Positions 10,788-23,421 are shown, counted from the first letter of the stretch. The stretch is 64,000 nt of DNA from Escherichia coli (GCF_050920415.1 NZ_CP169309.1); one strand, 5' to 3'. Translations and numbers: made by a program. Notes: a model not told the origin generated them from the sequence alone.

Positions 10788-12968
10788 ATGACAACTAAAA
10801 ATATGAATACGCCACCAGGCAGCACTCAGGAGAATGAGATCGATCTGCTTCGTCTGGTCGGCGAGTTATGGGATCACCGTAAGTTTATTATCAGCGTGAC
10901 TGCGTTATTCACGCTGATCGCTGTCGCTTACTCGCTGTTAAGCACGCCAATTTATCAGGCAGATACTCTGGTCCAGGTTGAGCAGAAACAGGGCAACGCC
11001 ATTCTCAGCGGCCTGAGCGATATGATCCCTAACTCATCGCCCGAGTCAGCACCGGAGATCCAACTGCTGCAATCGCGCATGATTCTCGGTAAAACCATTG
11101 CTGAACTGAATCTGCGCGACATAGTTGAGCAAAAGTATTTTCCGATTGTGGGTCGCGGCTGGGCGAGATTAACCAAAGAGAAACCAGGTGAGCTGGCGAT
11201 CAGTTGGATGCACATTCCACAACTGAATGGCCAGGATCAACAACTGACACTCACAGTTGGGGAAAACGGCCACTATACGCTGGAAGGTGAAGGGTTCACC
11301 GTCAATGGTATGGTCGGCCAGCGTCTGGAAAAAGACGGCGTTGCTCTGACTATCGCGGACATTAAGGCCAAACCAGGAACGCAGTTTGTCCTGAGCCAGC
11401 GTACCGAACTGGAAGCGATTAACGCGTTGCAGGAAACCTTTACCGTTAGCGAACGCAGTAAAGAAAGCGGGATGCTGGAACTTACCATGACCGGTGATGA
11501 TCCCCAGTTGATTACTCGTATTCTGAACAGCATCGCTAACAACTATTTGCAACAGAATATCGCTCGCCAGGCGGCGCAGGATTCACAAAGCCTTGAATTC
11601 TTACAGCGCCAGTTGCCAGAAGTGCGCAGCGAGCTGGACCAGGCGGAAGAAAAACTCAACGTTTATCGCCAGCAGCGCGATTCGGTTGACCTTAACCTGG
11701 AAGCCAAAGCCGTTCTTGAGCAGATTGTTAACGTTGATAATCAACTCAATGAGCTGACCTTCCGCGAGGCCGAGATCTCCCAGCTGTATAAGAAAGATCA
11801 CCCAACTTATCGTGCGCTGCTGGAAAAACGCCAGACGCTGGAGCAAGAACGCAAACGCCTGAATAAGCGGGTATCGGCAATGCCTTCCACTCAACAGGAA
11901 GTATTGCGTTTAAGCCGTGACGTAGAAGCGGGCCGTGCGGTATATCTGCAATTACTTAACCGCCAGCAGGAGTTGAGTATTTCGAAATCCAGTGCGATTG
12001 GTAACGTGCGGATTATCGACCCGGCAGTCACTCAGCCGCAGCCAGTAAAACCGAAAAAAGCGTTGAATGTGGTGCTTGGTTTTATTCTTGGCCTGTTTAT
12101 TTCGGTGGGTGCCGTGCTGGCGCGTGCGATGTTGCGTCGTGGTGTAGAAGCACCGGAACAACTGGAAGAGCACGGCATCAGCGTTTATGCCACTATCCCG
12201 ATGTCCGAGTGGCTGGATAAGCGTACCCGTCTGCGTAAGAAAAATTTATTTTCTAATCAGCAGCGCCATCGTACTAAAAATATCCCCTTCCTGGCGGTGG
12301 ATAACCCGGCGGATTCTGCTGTGGAAGCCGTACGTGCGCTACGAACCAGTCTGCACTTCGCTATGATGGAGACAGAGAATAACATTCTGATGATCACCGG
12401 TGCGACGCCAGACAGTGGTAAAACGTTCGTCAGTTCAACTCTGGCGGCGGTGATCGCCCAGTCCGATCAAAAAGTGTTATTTATTGATGCTGACTTACGT
12501 CGTGGTTATTCGCATAACCTGTTTACCGTGAGTAATGAACATGGCTTGTCGGAATATCTGGCAGGGAAAGATGAGCTCAACAAAGTGATCCAGCATTTTG
12601 GCAAAGGAGGCTTTGATGTGATTACTCGCGGTCAGGTGCCACCTAACCCGTCTGAACTGCTGATGCGCGATCGGATGCGTCAATTACTGGAATGGGCGAA
12701 CGACCATTACGATCTGGTGATTGTCGATACGCCGCCGATGCTGGCGGTGAGCGATGCTGCGGTCGTGGGGCGCTCTGTCGGCACCAGCCTGCTGGTTGCG
12801 CGTTTTGGCTTGAACACCGCCAAAGAGGTGAGCTTGTCAATGCAGCGTCTGGAACAGGCTGGCGTTAATATTAAAGGCGCAATCCTCAATGGTGTGATTA
12901 AACGCGCCAGCACCGCTTACAGTTATGGCTATAACTATTACGGTTATAGTTACTCCGAGAAAGAGTAA
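10788..12968 (+). CDS. etk: Etk, BY-kinase (Wzc paralog) tyrosine autokinase
   Basis: 726-aa ORF; Walker A GATPDSGKT; C-terminal Tyr cluster YSYGYNYYGYSYSEKE. Confidence 0.88.
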   Translation: MTTKNMNTPPGSTQENEIDLLRLVGELWDHRKFIISVTALFTLIAVAYSLLSTPIYQADTLVQVEQKQGNAILSGLSDMIPNSSPESAPEIQLLQSRMILGKTIAELNLRDIVEQKYFPIVGRGWARLTKEKPGELAISWMHIPQLNGQDQQLTLTVGENGHYTLEGEGFTVNGMVGQRLEKDGVALTIADIKAKPGTQFVLSQRTELEAINALQETFTVSERSKESGMLELTMTGDDPQLITRILNSIANNYLQQNIARQAAQDSQSLEFLQRQLPEVRSELDQAEEKLNVYRQQRDSVDLNLEAKAVLEQIVNVDNQLNELTFREAEISQLYKKDHPTYRALLEKRQTLEQERKRLNKRVSAMPSTQQEVLRLSRDVEAGRAVYLQLLNRQQELSISKSSAIGNVRIIDPAVTQPQPVKPKKALNVVLGFILGLFISVGAVLARAMLRRGVEAPEQLEEHGISVYATIPMSEWLDKRTRLRKKNLFSNQQRHRTKNIPFLAVDNPADSAVEAVRALRTSLHFAMMETENNILMITGATPDSGKTFVSSTLAAVIAQSDQKVLFIDADLRRGYSHNLFTVSNEHGLSEYLAGKDELNKVIQHFGKGGFDVITRGQVPPNPSELLMRDRMRQLLEWANDHYDLVIVDTPPMLAVSDAAVVGRSVGTSLLVARFGLNTAKEVSLSMQRLEQAGVNIKGAILNGVIKRASTAYSYGYNYYGYSYSEKE

Positions 12969-12985
12969 AACTGAAGGTAAGGTGG

Positions 12986-13020
12986 CCGGATGCGGCGTGA
13001 ACGCCTTTTCCGGCCTACGC
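12986..13020. repeat. REP (repetitive extragenic palindromic) element
   Basis: GCCGGATGCGGCGTGAACGCCTTTTCCGGCCTACG matches the REP consensus pattern; lies between convergent etk and appA. Confidence 0.6.
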
Positions 13021-13051
13021 ATCAGACAGTTCTTCGTTTGTCATCAGCTTC

Positions 13052-13083
13052 AGAGCATTCAGGTAACTGAATGCTCTTTTTTT
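13052..13083 (+). terminator. Intrinsic terminator downstream of etk
   Basis: Hairpin AGAGCATTCAG-GTAA-CTGAATGCTCT followed by T7 run. Confidence 0.65.
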
Positions 13084-13088
13084 ATGCA

Positions 13089-14387
13089 TTACAAACTGCA
13101 CGCCGGTATGCGTGCTTCATTCACGATTTGCGTAAAACCGGCCAACGAACACATACCCTGCGCGTTTCGCTCTTCACATCCTGCCAGAGTCAGCTTCACC
13201 TCTCCGGGCGGCGACTTTAATGATAGCGGCGTTTTATCACGCATCTGCTGTAAAGTCTGGAATACCACCGAAACCTGAATCCACTGGCTGTTATCGCTTA
13301 GCCGACGCCAGCGTTCAAACACCAGTTCACCACCTGGCGGCGTGTTATCCGGCTGACCTGGAAGCGTCCAGTTGAGCTCCAGTGCGCCGCCGAGATTTGC
13401 CAGATTAGTATCGTGTCCGGCGATAAACAGCACTGAAGTGGGTAATGTCACACCATACACCTGTTTTTGCGGTGGATGGGGCATCAACGCTGTCATGATC
13501 AAATCCAACAACGGGGTGGCACGACTGCGGGCAACCTCTGGCGTGCGTTGTAGCAAATAAAACTGCGCGTTATGCAGGCTTAGCAAGGTGTTCCACTGGT
13601 GTGAATCGGTGATCCTTCCCCACCCCGGCTCCGGCATTCCCTGTGCTTGTTGCAGGAGAAATATCTCCGTCAGCATTGACGCCAGGCTTACCGCACCGGT
13701 TAATGAGACATTGTCGGCGCTCACCTTGAGTTCCGATGGTAATACCTGCGTTAATGAACAGCTTTCGTCCTGTTTCTCACGGTTAAGGCACAAGTTTGAT
13801 TGTGGGAAATTAAGCACCTGTTCCAGTTCGCGAAACGCCGTTTGCCGATGCCCGGTAAAGTCAGCAATTGACCCTCCTGCCCTGCTGAGGATCGCGTCAG
13901 TCACGTTCGCGTTATCCAGTTGGCAAATGCCAGTTTTTAGAGGATTAAATAACGGATCGGGACTGGACGTATCTGCCTGGGTATGTACGGTTATTGCACA
14001 GTCAGGTGCCAGCCCGGCAGCGAAGGCTTCGCCTGTTTTACGGGTACGCTCGTCGACATCAGCAATAATCGCGACCTGACCAGGCTGCGGGCAGCCCTTT
14101 TTCGCCAGCAATCCGTCAGCCACCAGACGCTGGCGTTGGTAATGTCCGAGATAAGCGATTAGCTCACCACCGCGCGGTGTCAGCCACCCCAGTTTTACCG
14201 GCCATGTTGGCCATGCGTCTGGGGTGACATCCTGCATCAGTTGCGTGGCCTTGGTTGGGGCACGCACACCATGACGACTGACAATCACCACACTTTCCAG
14301 CTTCAGCTCCGGCTCACTCTGAGCGAATGCAGATTGCGGGGTGAACGGAATCAGAAGAGATAAGAATGGGATCAAGATCGCTTTCAT
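13089..14387 (-). CDS. appA: AppA, periplasmic acid phosphatase/phytase
   Basis: MKAILIPFLSLLIPFTPQSAFA signal peptide, histidine acid phosphatase RHGVRAP motif; start at internal Met of ORF. Confidence 0.9.
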   Translation of the reverse strand: MKAILIPFLSLLIPFTPQSAFAQSEPELKLESVVIVSRHGVRAPTKATQLMQDVTPDAWPTWPVKLGWLTPRGGELIAYLGHYQRQRLVADGLLAKKGCPQPGQVAIIADVDERTRKTGEAFAAGLAPDCAITVHTQADTSSPDPLFNPLKTGICQLDNANVTDAILSRAGGSIADFTGHRQTAFRELEQVLNFPQSNLCLNREKQDESCSLTQVLPSELKVSADNVSLTGAVSLASMLTEIFLLQQAQGMPEPGWGRITDSHQWNTLLSLHNAQFYLLQRTPEVARSRATPLLDLIMTALMPHPPQKQVYGVTLPTSVLFIAGHDTNLANLGGALELNWTLPGQPDNTPPGGELVFERWRRLSDNSQWIQVSVVFQTLQQMRDKTPLSLKSPPGEVKLTLAGCEERNAQGMCSLAGFTQIVNEARIPACSL

Positions 14388-14425
14388 CGATATGTTTCCG
14401 CTTTTCATATCCGACATTATTGATT

Positions 14426-14457
14426 GCCTGATGCGACGCTAATGCGCCTCATCAGGC
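14426..14457. repeat. Palindromic REP-like hairpin between appX and appA
   Basis: GCCTGATGCGACGCTAATGCGCCTCATCAGGC, an imperfect palindrome in the intergenic region. Confidence 0.4.
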
Positions 14458-14466
14458 TTACGTTCG

Positions 14467-14559
14467 TTAACTTTTCAGACGCGGGTCCAGCCATACCAAC
14501 ACAAGGGTGGAGAGCGAACACATCAACAAAATGCCGACGAACCAAAGTAAATACCACAT
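14467..14559 (-). CDS. appX: AppX (CbdX), 30-aa cytochrome bd-II accessory peptide
   Basis: Hand translation MWYLLWFVGILLMCSLSTLVLVWLDPRLKS immediately downstream of appB; below ORF track cutoff. Confidence 0.7.
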   Translation of the reverse strand: MWYLLWFVGILLMCSLSTLVLVWLDPRLKS

Positions 14560-14571
14560 TGTTCCTGCTCC

Positions 14572-15708
14572 TTAGTACAGCTCGTTTTCGTTACGGCGGA
14601 GAGTTTCTGTCGTCATGCGCCCCCACATTTTGTAGTAGCTCCAGAGAGTGTAGAGCAACACAATGGGCAAAAATATCAGCACGATTACCAACATAATGCT
14701 CAGCGTCAACTGGCTGGAAGTGCTGTCCCACAACGTCAGGCTGGAGATCGGACTTACGCTCGAAGGCATGACAAAAGGGAACAGCGTGATGCCTGCCGTG
14801 AAAATTACGCCAAATTGCATCAATGACGCCATCAAAAATCCCCATCCCGGGCGACCACGATAAATCGCCATCACCGTCAGCAATGGACAGAAGAACCCCA
14901 GCAGCGGGAAGATCCACAAAACAGGCGATTCGACGAAATTATTCATCCAGGCACCAGGTAGCACTGCCACCAGTTTCATTAACGGGTTGGAAGGACCGTT
15001 CACATCCTGGGCGAGCAGTACAAAGCCATCAATACCGACCCACAGCCAGTAACCCGCCAGTAAAAAGCACAGCATCACCAGTAGAGCAGCACGTTTGGTC
15101 GCCAACTGAGAACGCAGATGAATAACACCAACGGTTTTCAACTGTAACCAAACGCCACCTTGCAAAATCACCATCCCAAGGCTGAGCAAGCCGCACAATA
15201 AAGGGAATGGCGTCAACAGTTGCCAAAAGCTGCCGAGATACTCCACGCGTAATTGTGGTGTGAAGGCAAACGGCACGCCGAGTAACAAGTTGCCGAATAC
15301 GATACCAAAGACGACCGGCGGCACCAGACTGCCGATGACCAGGCCGGCATCCCACATTTTACGCCAGCGTGCATTGGCGATTTTTCCTCGATAATCAAAG
15401 GCCAGCGGGCGGAAGAACAGCGAGCACAGCACCAGGATCATCGCCACATAAAAACCGGAAAACGCTGCTGCATACACTCTGGGCCAGGCGGCAAATAATG
15501 CCCCACCTGCGAGGATTAACCAGACCTGATTGCCTTCCCAGTGCGCGCCAACGCTGTTTATCACTATCCGGCGTTCATCATCATTACGCGCCACCAGCGG
15601 CAGCAGACAGCCGATCCCCATGTCAAATCCATCGGAGATCATAAAGACCACCAGGATCACGCCAATCAGCAGCCACCAGATGAAGCGCAATGTTTCATAA
15701 TCAAACAT
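14572..15708 (-). CDS. appB: Cytochrome bd-II oxidase subunit II
   Basis: 378-aa polytopic membrane protein, CydB-like; follows appC. Confidence 0.9.
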   Translation of the reverse strand: MFDYETLRFIWWLLIGVILVVFMISDGFDMGIGCLLPLVARNDDERRIVINSVGAHWEGNQVWLILAGGALFAAWPRVYAAAFSGFYVAMILVLCSLFFRPLAFDYRGKIANARWRKMWDAGLVIGSLVPPVVFGIVFGNLLLGVPFAFTPQLRVEYLGSFWQLLTPFPLLCGLLSLGMVILQGGVWLQLKTVGVIHLRSQLATKRAALLVMLCFLLAGYWLWVGIDGFVLLAQDVNGPSNPLMKLVAVLPGAWMNNFVESPVLWIFPLLGFFCPLLTVMAIYRGRPGWGFLMASLMQFGVIFTAGITLFPFVMPSSVSPISSLTLWDSTSSQLTLSIMLVIVLIFLPIVLLYTLWSYYKMWGRMTTETLRRNENELY

Positions 15709-15719
15709 GATTTTCTCCT

Positions 15720-17264
15720 TTACCCCTGTTGCTGCGTCGGTTGTTCACTCTGCATCGCGCTCGGCCCCAGACGGGCATATTTCTGCATCAGGTAGACTTC
15801 GGCGATTAAGAACAGGGTGTAAAGCCCTACGATCATGATCAGTGAGAAAGCCAGTTGTCCTGTGGTTAAAGCGGAGTGCGCGGAGTATGTCGGTAAGATG
15901 TCCTGTATCGCCCACGGCTGACGACCAAACTCGGTCATAAACCACCCGGCTTCAATCGCAATCCACGGCAGCGGCAAACTCCAGAGCGCCATTTTCAGTA
16001 CCCAGCGATGCTGGTCGATTTTGCCACGCAGCGTCTGGACAAGCGCAATCAGCATCACCAGTAGCAGCAGAGAACCACAGCCCACCATGATGCGGAAACT
16101 CCAGAATACCGGCGCAACCTGAGGTATCGCGCCACGCATCGCCGCCTGGTACTGTGCAGCTGTGACATGGTTCATATCCGGCGCATAGCGGGAGAGCAAC
16201 ATGCCGTAACCAAGGTCGCCTTCCAGCTCCCGGAATGCCTGCAACACATGCGGCTCACGATTGCCTTGCGATATTTCCTGCATTAACAGCCAGGCCATAC
16301 GTCCGCGTTGCAAGCGTGGGTAGGTTTCAGCCATCAAATTCTTCAGACCCGGCACGGGTTTATCTAATGAGTGAGTGGCGAGGATCCCTAGCAGCGCAGG
16401 AATTTTGATGGCAAAGGCGTTACGCTCTTGATCCTGTTCCGGCCAGGCAACTACATGGAACGGTGCAGGTGCAGGTTCCGTTTGCCACTCCCCTTCCATT
16501 GCCGCCAGTTTTACCGGTTGTACTTGCGCGACTTCATACGCAGAACTGTCTCCGAGTTGCAGCGTACCGATAATCGCCAGAGTACCGAAGACGGAACCGA
16601 TGGCAAACGAGCGTAATGCAACATCGCGCTCCCGTCCGCGCAGTAAATACCAGGCGCTGATCGCCATAATAAACATGGCCCCGGTCACGTAGCCCGCCAT
16701 TACGGTGTGCACAAATTTCACCTGGCTGACCGGGTTAAAGACCAGCTCGCTGAAGCTGGTCATTTCCATACGAAGGGTGTCGATATCAAAATGCGCACCG
16801 GTCGGGTATTGCATCCAACCGTTGGCATTCAATATCCACAACGCAGAGAGATTTGAACCGAACGCCACCAGCCACGTCACCAGCAGGTGCTGGTATTTAT
16901 TCAGCCGTTGCCAGCCGAAGAAGAATAGCCCGACAAAGGTGGATTCGAGGAAGAAGGCCATTAACGCTTCCATTGCCAGCGGTGCACCAAAAATATCGCC
17001 CACATAGTTGGAATAGAATGACCAGTTAGTACCAAACTGAAACTCCATCGTCAGGCCGGTAGCCACGCCAAGAGCAAAGTTGATACCGAAGAGCTTACCC
17101 CAGAAGCGCGTCATATCGCGGTAGATTGTTTTGCCGGTGACCACGTAAATGGTTTCCATGATAGCCAGCAAAAAAATCAGCCCCAGGGTAAGGGGTACAA
17201 ATAAAAAGTGATACAGCGCGGTCAGAGCAAACTGCCAGCGCGATAAATCAATGACATCCCACAT
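15720..17264 (-). CDS. appC: Cytochrome bd-II oxidase subunit I
   Basis: CydA-like sequence ([28 protein letters not shown]...); start chosen at third codon of ORF. Confidence 0.9.
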   Translation of the reverse strand: MWDVIDLSRWQFALTALYHFLFVPLTLGLIFLLAIMETIYVVTGKTIYRDMTRFWGKLFGINFALGVATGLTMEFQFGTNWSFYSNYVGDIFGAPLAMEALMAFFLESTFVGLFFFGWQRLNKYQHLLVTWLVAFGSNLSALWILNANGWMQYPTGAHFDIDTLRMEMTSFSELVFNPVSQVKFVHTVMAGYVTGAMFIMAISAWYLLRGRERDVALRSFAIGSVFGTLAIIGTLQLGDSSAYEVAQVQPVKLAAMEGEWQTEPAPAPFHVVAWPEQDQERNAFAIKIPALLGILATHSLDKPVPGLKNLMAETYPRLQRGRMAWLLMQEISQGNREPHVLQAFRELEGDLGYGMLLSRYAPDMNHVTAAQYQAAMRGAIPQVAPVFWSFRIMVGCGSLLLLVMLIALVQTLRGKIDQHRWVLKMALWSLPLPWIAIEAGWFMTEFGRQPWAIQDILPTYSAHSALTTGQLAFSLIMIVGLYTLFLIAEVYLMQKYARLGPSAMQSEQPTQQQG

Positions 17265-17397
17265 GCGCACTCCTGTAGGCGAAGAGAGAAAAATAACCCG
17301 TTAATGGTAGATCTCCCTCTTTATCCTGAAACTCTACGACCAGAGGTATTCGCCGATTGCGATATTCATAAGCCTGAAAGCGATACTTACCGTCTTT

Positions 17398-18255
17398 TTA
17401 CGTCGATGCACCTTCCGCCAGCCACTGACATACCTCACTAAGCCGCTGCGCAGAGTCGACCAAATCTTCTGGCGCTGCCAGCACCACTTCAGGTATTGGG
17501 CAGATTTCGTAACTCTCAAGTAACGGGCCTTTTAAGGTGTCCGTACAGCGTAAATGCCAGACATGCCGCAGGCCGGTCGCGTTGATATAGCTCTCGCCGT
17601 AGCCAATGGTGCGAATCTGAATATTTCCCGGCCCACAGAGACGTGAGAGAAAAAGCCGATCAGCCTCGCTGATAGGTAATTGCGTCAGATTAATGCTGTG
17701 CGGCTGCGCGTCAGGATTACGTACATGTGCTAGTAATTCATGCGCCAACGGTAGGCCATTCATCAGGCCATCAATGGGCGGCGGTAACAGCGAATCTGTC
17801 GGCAAGACGTTTTGCGTTGCCGCCTGCCACAATGCCAGCGGCGCGCAGCCAGCCTCCAGTTTGTCCTCCAGCAACTGTTCGCCGCAACGTCTGCGCACCC
17901 GCCATAATCCGCAGAAGATCGCCTCCTGTATTTCACTTTCACTGTCGTCAGCCTGCTGAATGCGCACTGACACTTCCCCTTCCCCGAGAAGCGTATTGAT
18001 AAAGTGACGATCGTCGGCGTTGAGATTTAACAGATCGACTGCCAGCACCTCGCCCAGCGGCGGCTGGCGCTCGCTTAGCTGATGTTGTAACTCGTTTAAT
18101 AGCGCAATCACCTGCGGGCTGTGAGCACATTGCTCCAGGGCCGCCATACTCGGTTCATCATTCACCTGACAGGTGATCGGCAGTGGATTCATGCTGAAAC
18201 TGTCATCGTTCGGTTGGGTTCCTGGCCCCAGCAGATGGAAAAAAGTTTCGCTCAT
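17398..18255 (-). CDS. hyaF: HyaF, hydrogenase-1 operon protein
   Basis: Last gene of hya operon; start at internal Met [12 protein letters not shown]; overlaps hyaE 3' end. Confidence 0.85.
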   Translation of the reverse strand: MSETFFHLLGPGTQPNDDSFSMNPLPITCQVNDEPSMAALEQCAHSPQVIALLNELQHQLSERQPPLGEVLAVDLLNLNADDRHFINTLLGEGEVSVRIQQADDSESEIQEAIFCGLWRVRRRCGEQLLEDKLEAGCAPLALWQAATQNVLPTDSLLPPPIDGLMNGLPLAHELLAHVRNPDAQPHSINLTQLPISEADRLFLSRLCGPGNIQIRTIGYGESYINATGLRHVWHLRCTDTLKGPLLESYEICPIPEVVLAAPEDLVDSAQRLSEVCQWLAEGAST

Positions 18256-18650
18256 GAGGCACGCTCCTGTTGCGGTTCGACAAGCCCGCGCATCAGGTTT
18301 ATCAGTTCCGCCCACGGGTGAATACCATTCAGCACGCCGCGATAGCTACCACCGGTAAACACCAGTGTGGCGGGAAAACGAAATACGCCAAAACGATCAC
18401 CGATGGCTTCGCTTTGCTCAAGGTCGGCAATCGCTACCTGCCATGTATAATCAGGAAACTCGCGCAGTAATTCGCCAATCATTACCGGATTATCGCTGAC
18501 CTCTGGCGTGCGTTTCGGGTCACTGCTTAATAACACCACACCGTCTGGCGCTTGCGTAAGCCAGTCGTCAAGACGGGATTCACTGATCGGCGTCCAGCCG
18601 CGCGCCAGCATACGTTGCCACAACGCATCAAATGGCGTGTCGTTGCTCAT
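18252..18650 (-). CDS. hyaE: HyaE, hydrogenase-1 Tat-proofreading chaperone
   Basis: 132-aa ORF, operon position, overlaps hyaD stop. Confidence 0.85.
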   Translation of the reverse strand: MSNDTPFDALWQRMLARGWTPISESRLDDWLTQAPDGVVLLSSDPKRTPEVSDNPVMIGELLREFPDYTWQVAIADLEQSEAIGDRFGVFRFPATLVFTGGSYRGVLNGIHPWAELINLMRGLVEPQQERAS

Positions 18651-19234
18651 TCCTGCTCCTCCAGCGTCATCCGGTACTGGCGCAAGCGAACGCCTTCGTA
18701 GTTTTCCATCGACAGACAGTCATAATTGAGACAGCGCGATTCATTAGCCGGTTGCGGCTCAATTCCCCACGCAGCCAGTTGCGCCAGCGCCCCCTGTTCC
18801 GCGGCGGGCAGTTGCTCCCGAGCCAGTTCGCTCAGGCTACCGCCGTAGTCGTCGAGCATCGCGGGTTGCAGGCCGACGAGGGCAATATGTGCTGGCAGAT
18901 TTCCGCGGATATCTGCCAGCGCCAGTACTTCGGAGAAACTGTTCTGGTGCAGGCTCATTTTCTTCGCGCTGAGATAGGCCGGAATGCGTTCTCCGGCATA
19001 CGTTCGTAGCGTTCCGGGTTCCAGCCCGTAATCAATGGCGTCGAGAATCAGCAAGTGGCTGGCGCTTTCGACATACCCCAGCAAGTTCAGTCCCTGAGTG
19101 CCGCCATCAACAATCTCGACTTCATCGGGCCAGTGGTAATGGGCATACAACCGTTCCGCCACCCGCACGCCGAAGCCTTCATCGGCCCACAGCAGATTGC
19201 CCAGCCCCATTACCACCACGCGTTGCTCGCTCAT
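18647..19234 (-). CDS. hyaD: HyaD, hydrogenase-1 maturation endopeptidase
   Basis: 195-aa ORF, HybD/HycI-like; operon position. Confidence 0.88.
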   Translation of the reverse strand: MSEQRVVVMGLGNLLWADEGFGVRVAERLYAHYHWPDEVEIVDGGTQGLNLLGYVESASHLLILDAIDYGLEPGTLRTYAGERIPAYLSAKKMSLHQNSFSEVLALADIRGNLPAHIALVGLQPAMLDDYGGSLSELAREQLPAAEQGALAQLAAWGIEPQPANESRCLNYDCLSMENYEGVRLRQYRMTLEEQE

Positions 19235-19938
19235 GAACGCTCCTTGTTACTTATTTTGCCAAATTTGTGGCTACGGTAGCCGTTGACCATGGTGGAGATC
19301 ACTGTGTCGTCGGACATGATGTCTTCACGCAGCGCCATGTAGACATGACCGATAACAAACGCGCCAATCAGCCACATCCCCAGCCGATGCAAGCTGTGAA
19401 TGTCCATTGAGTTGCCGCCCGTCCAGTAGAAAAATTCCACCACATAACGGAACGGCGCAAAAATAGCGTACTGACTATGTTCGCTGTACAGCGCAAAGCC
19501 GGTGACGATCATAAATACCGACATCAGGAAATAGCCGAACATTGCCGCCTGAGCGATGGGGTTATGGCCTATATCGGCACTCGGACGTTTTGCCAGAAAC
19601 AGATACCAGCGGATTTCATACCACACGCCCTGCCACCAGCTTTTACGCCATACCGGCACGATAAACAGCTCGCGGGAGTAGCGATTGCCGACAAAAGCCC
19701 AGTAGATCCGCATCAGCAAGACCACGGTAAAAACCATCCCGGCGCTGAAGTGAATTAACCTGATGTAGCCCATATAAAACAGATACGTCGCCTCACCGCT
19801 GACCGAAGGCAGCGGCTTGCCAATAAAGTAACCGGTGACCATCAACACCGCCATGCATAACACCGTCAGCCAGTGCCATATTCGCACGGGTGCTTCAAAG
19901 ACATAGTGACTGACAACGTTGTCGCTTTTCTGTTGCAT
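19231..19938 (-). CDS. hyaC: HyaC, hydrogenase-1 cytochrome b subunit
   Basis: 235-aa membrane protein with His ligands; operon position. Confidence 0.9.
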   Translation of the reverse strand: MQQKSDNVVSHYVFEAPVRIWHWLTVLCMAVLMVTGYFIGKPLPSVSGEATYLFYMGYIRLIHFSAGMVFTVVLLMRIYWAFVGNRYSRELFIVPVWRKSWWQGVWYEIRWYLFLAKRPSADIGHNPIAQAAMFGYFLMSVFMIVTGFALYSEHSQYAIFAPFRYVVEFFYWTGGNSMDIHSLHRLGMWLIGAFVIGHVYMALREDIMSDDTVISTMVNGYRSHKFGKISNKERS

Positions 19939-19956
19939 GATGATTCTCCTTCGCTG

Positions 19957-21750
19957 TTAACGCACCTGCACGGAGATCAGCTCGCTACCGTCGTCACCTA
20001 ACACATGAGTTGAACAGGCGAGGCACGGGTCAAAGCTGTGCAGAGTACGAAGGATCTCCAGCGGTTGCTCGGGGATCGCCATTTTGGTGTTCATCAGAGC
20101 CGCTTCATAAGCGCCAATCTGCCCTTTGGGATCGCGCGGGCTGGCGTTCCAGGTGGTCGGCACCACACACTGGTAGAGATCAATCTTGCCGTCACGAATG
20201 GCGGCCCAGTGGCCTAGCGCTCCGCGCGGCGCTTCGGTAAAACCGACACCATGGCACTCTGTCGGCCAGGTTGCAGGTTCCCATTTTTCAGTGGAGGCGG
20301 TGGCGAGATTGCCGTTTTTAAGGTTGGTCATCAACTTGTCGAAGAAGTATTGCAACTTGCTTGCGGCCCACTGCGCTTCGTGCGCGCGGCACAAAATGCG
20401 GCCCAAAGTCGACTGGATGCCGGAAAGCGGCAGGTTCAGCGCCGACATCATGCGATCAACTGACTCAACGGTCGCAGCATCGCCTTTGTGATAAGCAATT
20501 AACGTGCGTGCCAGCGGCCCCACTTCCATCGCGTTACCGCGCCAGCGTGGCGCTTTGATCCACGAGTAGCGTTCCTGTTCATTCAGTTGCTGAATGTTGG
20601 TGTCGCTGCCTTTGACATCGCCGGGGTTGTACCACGGGTCGGTAATGCCATCGAATGGATGACGACCGACCTGATCATTGGGATAACGATACCAGGCGTG
20701 ATCGACAAATTCCTGCACCTGTTGCGGATCGACTAAATCCACTGGCAGCACATTTTTGAAGTCGCCGTTGATCACCGCGCCGCCAGGCATTAGCAGACTT
20801 TTCTCGCCAAAGTCGTTGGCAATATCCGGGAACGCCCCGTAACTGAGGACACATTTATCAGAAAGACCAGTGCCGATTTCGCTCCACGGTTTGTTGAACT
20901 GACCGATGGCTAAAGCGTCGGGGATCATCACGTTATTAATGAAATCCGCCGTGCGGGTAATGATCGACTGCACCAGATTCAGGCGCTCCATATTGACCGC
21001 CCCGACCGCGCCACTTTCGTCAATGTTGATAGCGCACGGCATCCCGCCAACAATCCAGTTTGGATGTGGGTTTTTACCACCAAAGACCGCGTGGATTTTG
21101 ACAATTTCACGCTGGAAATCGAGAGCTTCAAGATAGTGAGCAAAGCCCATCAGGTTGGCTTCTGGCGGCAGTTTGTACTGCGGGTGCCCCCAGTAACCGT
21201 TACGGAAGATCCCCAACTGGCCGCCTTCAACGAATTTCTTCAGGCGGTTTTGTACGTCGAAGAAATAGCCAGGTGATGATTTCGGCCATGAGGAGAGACT
21301 TTGCGCCAGTTCGGAGGTTTTCCGCGGATCGGCTTTCAGCGCATCTAACACATCGATCCAGTCCATCCCGGCAAGCTGATAAAAGTGCACCAGATGGTCA
21401 TGGCACCAGAGCGTCGCCAGCATAATGTTGCGGATGATATTAGCGTTGTCCGGCACTTTAATTCCGATAGCATCTTCGATGGCATAGACCGAAGCCAGAG
21501 CGTGTACGCCGGTACAGACGCCGCAAATACGTTCCACGAATGCCCACGCATCGCGCGGGTCGCGCCCTTGCAGAATGATCTCCAGCCCGCGAAACATGGT
21601 GCCGCAGGAGACGGCATTGGTGATCACATTCTGATCGTTAATATTCACTTCACAGCGCATGTGGCCTTCAATGCGCGTAATCGGGTCGACCACCAGGCGG
21701 CGTCCGGCATTGTTGATGGTGTATCCCTGAGTTTCGTACTGAGTGCTCAT
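19957..21750 (-). CDS. hyaB: HyaB, [NiFe] hydrogenase-1 large subunit
   Basis: 597 aa; N-terminal RxCGxC and C-terminal DPCxxCxxH Ni-binding motifs. Confidence 0.93.
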   Translation of the reverse strand: MSTQYETQGYTINNAGRRLVVDPITRIEGHMRCEVNINDQNVITNAVSCGTMFRGLEIILQGRDPRDAWAFVERICGVCTGVHALASVYAIEDAIGIKVPDNANIIRNIMLATLWCHDHLVHFYQLAGMDWIDVLDALKADPRKTSELAQSLSSWPKSSPGYFFDVQNRLKKFVEGGQLGIFRNGYWGHPQYKLPPEANLMGFAHYLEALDFQREIVKIHAVFGGKNPHPNWIVGGMPCAINIDESGAVGAVNMERLNLVQSIITRTADFINNVMIPDALAIGQFNKPWSEIGTGLSDKCVLSYGAFPDIANDFGEKSLLMPGGAVINGDFKNVLPVDLVDPQQVQEFVDHAWYRYPNDQVGRHPFDGITDPWYNPGDVKGSDTNIQQLNEQERYSWIKAPRWRGNAMEVGPLARTLIAYHKGDAATVESVDRMMSALNLPLSGIQSTLGRILCRAHEAQWAASKLQYFFDKLMTNLKNGNLATASTEKWEPATWPTECHGVGFTEAPRGALGHWAAIRDGKIDLYQCVVPTTWNASPRDPKGQIGAYEAALMNTKMAIPEQPLEILRTLHSFDPCLACSTHVLGDDGSELISVQVR

Positions 21751-22865
21751 GCCTGTTTATCCTCATTGCCTGGCTGTTGTTCGGTTTCTGTAGGTTGCTG
21801 GTTATGACGTCTGCGCTGATCAACGGCGCTGGCGACCGCATGTACACCAACAGCCGCAGCCACCACGCCAAGCGCGGTTAAGCCGACGGTATCAGCGGTG
21901 GAATGGGTACCCATTTGTGGAATATCGACTACGCGACTGTAGAACGAACCGCGATCCCAGAAACCATTTTCCGCACAGCCCAGGCAGCCGTGACCAGACT
22001 GGATTGGGAAAGAAACGCCATCATTCCAGCGTGTGGAGGAACAGGCGTTATAGGTGGTAGGCCCTTTGCAGCCCATTTTGTACAGGCAGTAACCTTTGCG
22101 GGCAGCGTCATCATCCCAACTCTGGACGAACTCTCCGGCGTCAAAGTGAGCGCGGCGATAACATTTATCGTGAATACGCTGACCATAGAACATCAATGGA
22201 CGGCCCATTCTGTCGACATCCGGCAGACGATCAAACGTCACCATGTAAGTAATGATGGCGCTCATCACATCCGGGATCGGCGGGCAGCCAGGTACTTTGA
22301 TAATGGGTTTGTCGGTGATGACTTTGTCGATAGGCGTTGCCTGCGTCGGATTGGGCCGCGCGGCCTGCACGCAGCCCCAAGACGCGCAGGTTCCCCAGGC
22401 GATAATCGCACTGGCTCCGGCGGCGGCACGTTTGAGTTTCTCAATAAACGGTCGACCGCTGCTGATACAGAACATCCCCTGCTCGCCCAGCGGCGGATTA
22501 CCTTCTACTGCGAGGATATATTTGCCATTGTATTGCGTGATGATGTCTTCAAAGACTTCTTCCGCCTGGGTTCCGGCAGCAGCCATCAGGGTATCGTCGT
22601 AATCGAGGGAAATCAGGGAAAGGATGACGTCCTTCGCCAGTGGGTGAGCGGAGCGGATAAAAGATTCGGTACAGCAGGTACATTCCAGACCGTGGATCCA
22701 TACCACCGGAATGCGCGGTTTGTTCTCCAGCGCCCAGGCAATCTTTGGTGCCATTCCCGCGCCTAATCCCAGCGACGTGGCAGCCAGACTGCAATATTTG
22801 AGAAAGCTGCGTCGGGTAACACCCTGACGCCGCATGGCCTGGTAAAATGTTTCCTCGTTATTCAT
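21747..22865 (-). CDS. hyaA: HyaA, [NiFe] hydrogenase-1 small subunit (Tat signal)
   Basis: Twin-arginine signal [12 protein letters not shown]; Fe-S cluster cysteines; start at internal Met MNNEETFYQ. Confidence 0.92.
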   Translation of the reverse strand: MNNEETFYQAMRRQGVTRRSFLKYCSLAATSLGLGAGMAPKIAWALENKPRIPVVWIHGLECTCCTESFIRSAHPLAKDVILSLISLDYDDTLMAAAGTQAEEVFEDIITQYNGKYILAVEGNPPLGEQGMFCISSGRPFIEKLKRAAAGASAIIAWGTCASWGCVQAARPNPTQATPIDKVITDKPIIKVPGCPPIPDVMSAIITYMVTFDRLPDVDRMGRPLMFYGQRIHDKCYRRAHFDAGEFVQSWDDDAARKGYCLYKMGCKGPTTYNACSSTRWNDGVSFPIQSGHGCLGCAENGFWDRGSFYSRVVDIPQMGTHSTADTVGLTALGVVAAAVGVHAVASAVDQRRRHNQQPTETEQQPGNEDKQA

Positions 22866-23291
22866 ATCGCACGTCTCTTCTCCTTGCGACACCGGCAGGA
22901 CACCGGGCGCTTATGGTCGGCAAGCGACGTCCCTGTAGCAAGGCAAACCATCGCTTCACGTGAGATGCTGAAAACGAAAGCTCATCCTTCTGCACTGGCG
23001 CACGTCGCCAGAAAGTATTGTTCATAAAGCGTAGTGAAACTTTTGCACAAAACAATACAAACTGTGTGGATTTGTCTTTTAGCGATAAAAATGGACCTAT
23101 TTTTCTTTTTGCCGGGCGGTGGGGATGTTTAGCCGGTTGCTAAACGAGTAAAAGAGAAGGAATTCATGGTGATGAAATGATCAATCTGCTGTTATTTCAC
23201 GCTATCAATGCACTTTTGGCTGTTTTTCAGTCAAACAAACAAATTAGGGGTTTACACGCCGCATCGGGATGTTTATAGTGCGCGTCATTCC

Positions 23292-23379
23292 GGAAGTGTG
23301 GCCGAGCGGTTGAAGGCACCGGTCTTGAAAACCGGCGACCCGAAAGGGTTCCAGAGTTCGAATCTCTGCGCTTCCGCCA
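23292..23379 (+). tRNA. serT: tRNA-Ser (anticodon UGA)
   Basis: 88-nt GGAAGTGTGGCCGAGCGG...TTCGAATCTCTGCGCTTCCGCCA; anticodon loop CTTGAAA; long variable arm; encoded CCA. Confidence 0.92.
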
Positions 23380-23387
23380 AATAAGAT

Positions 23388-23421
23388 AAGGGGTTACCAA
23401 ATGGTAACCCCTTAGTTTTTT
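23388..23421 (+). terminator. Intrinsic terminator after serT (islet-side variant)
   Basis: Palindrome AAGGGGTTACCA/TGGTAACCCCTT followed by T-run. Confidence 0.6.
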
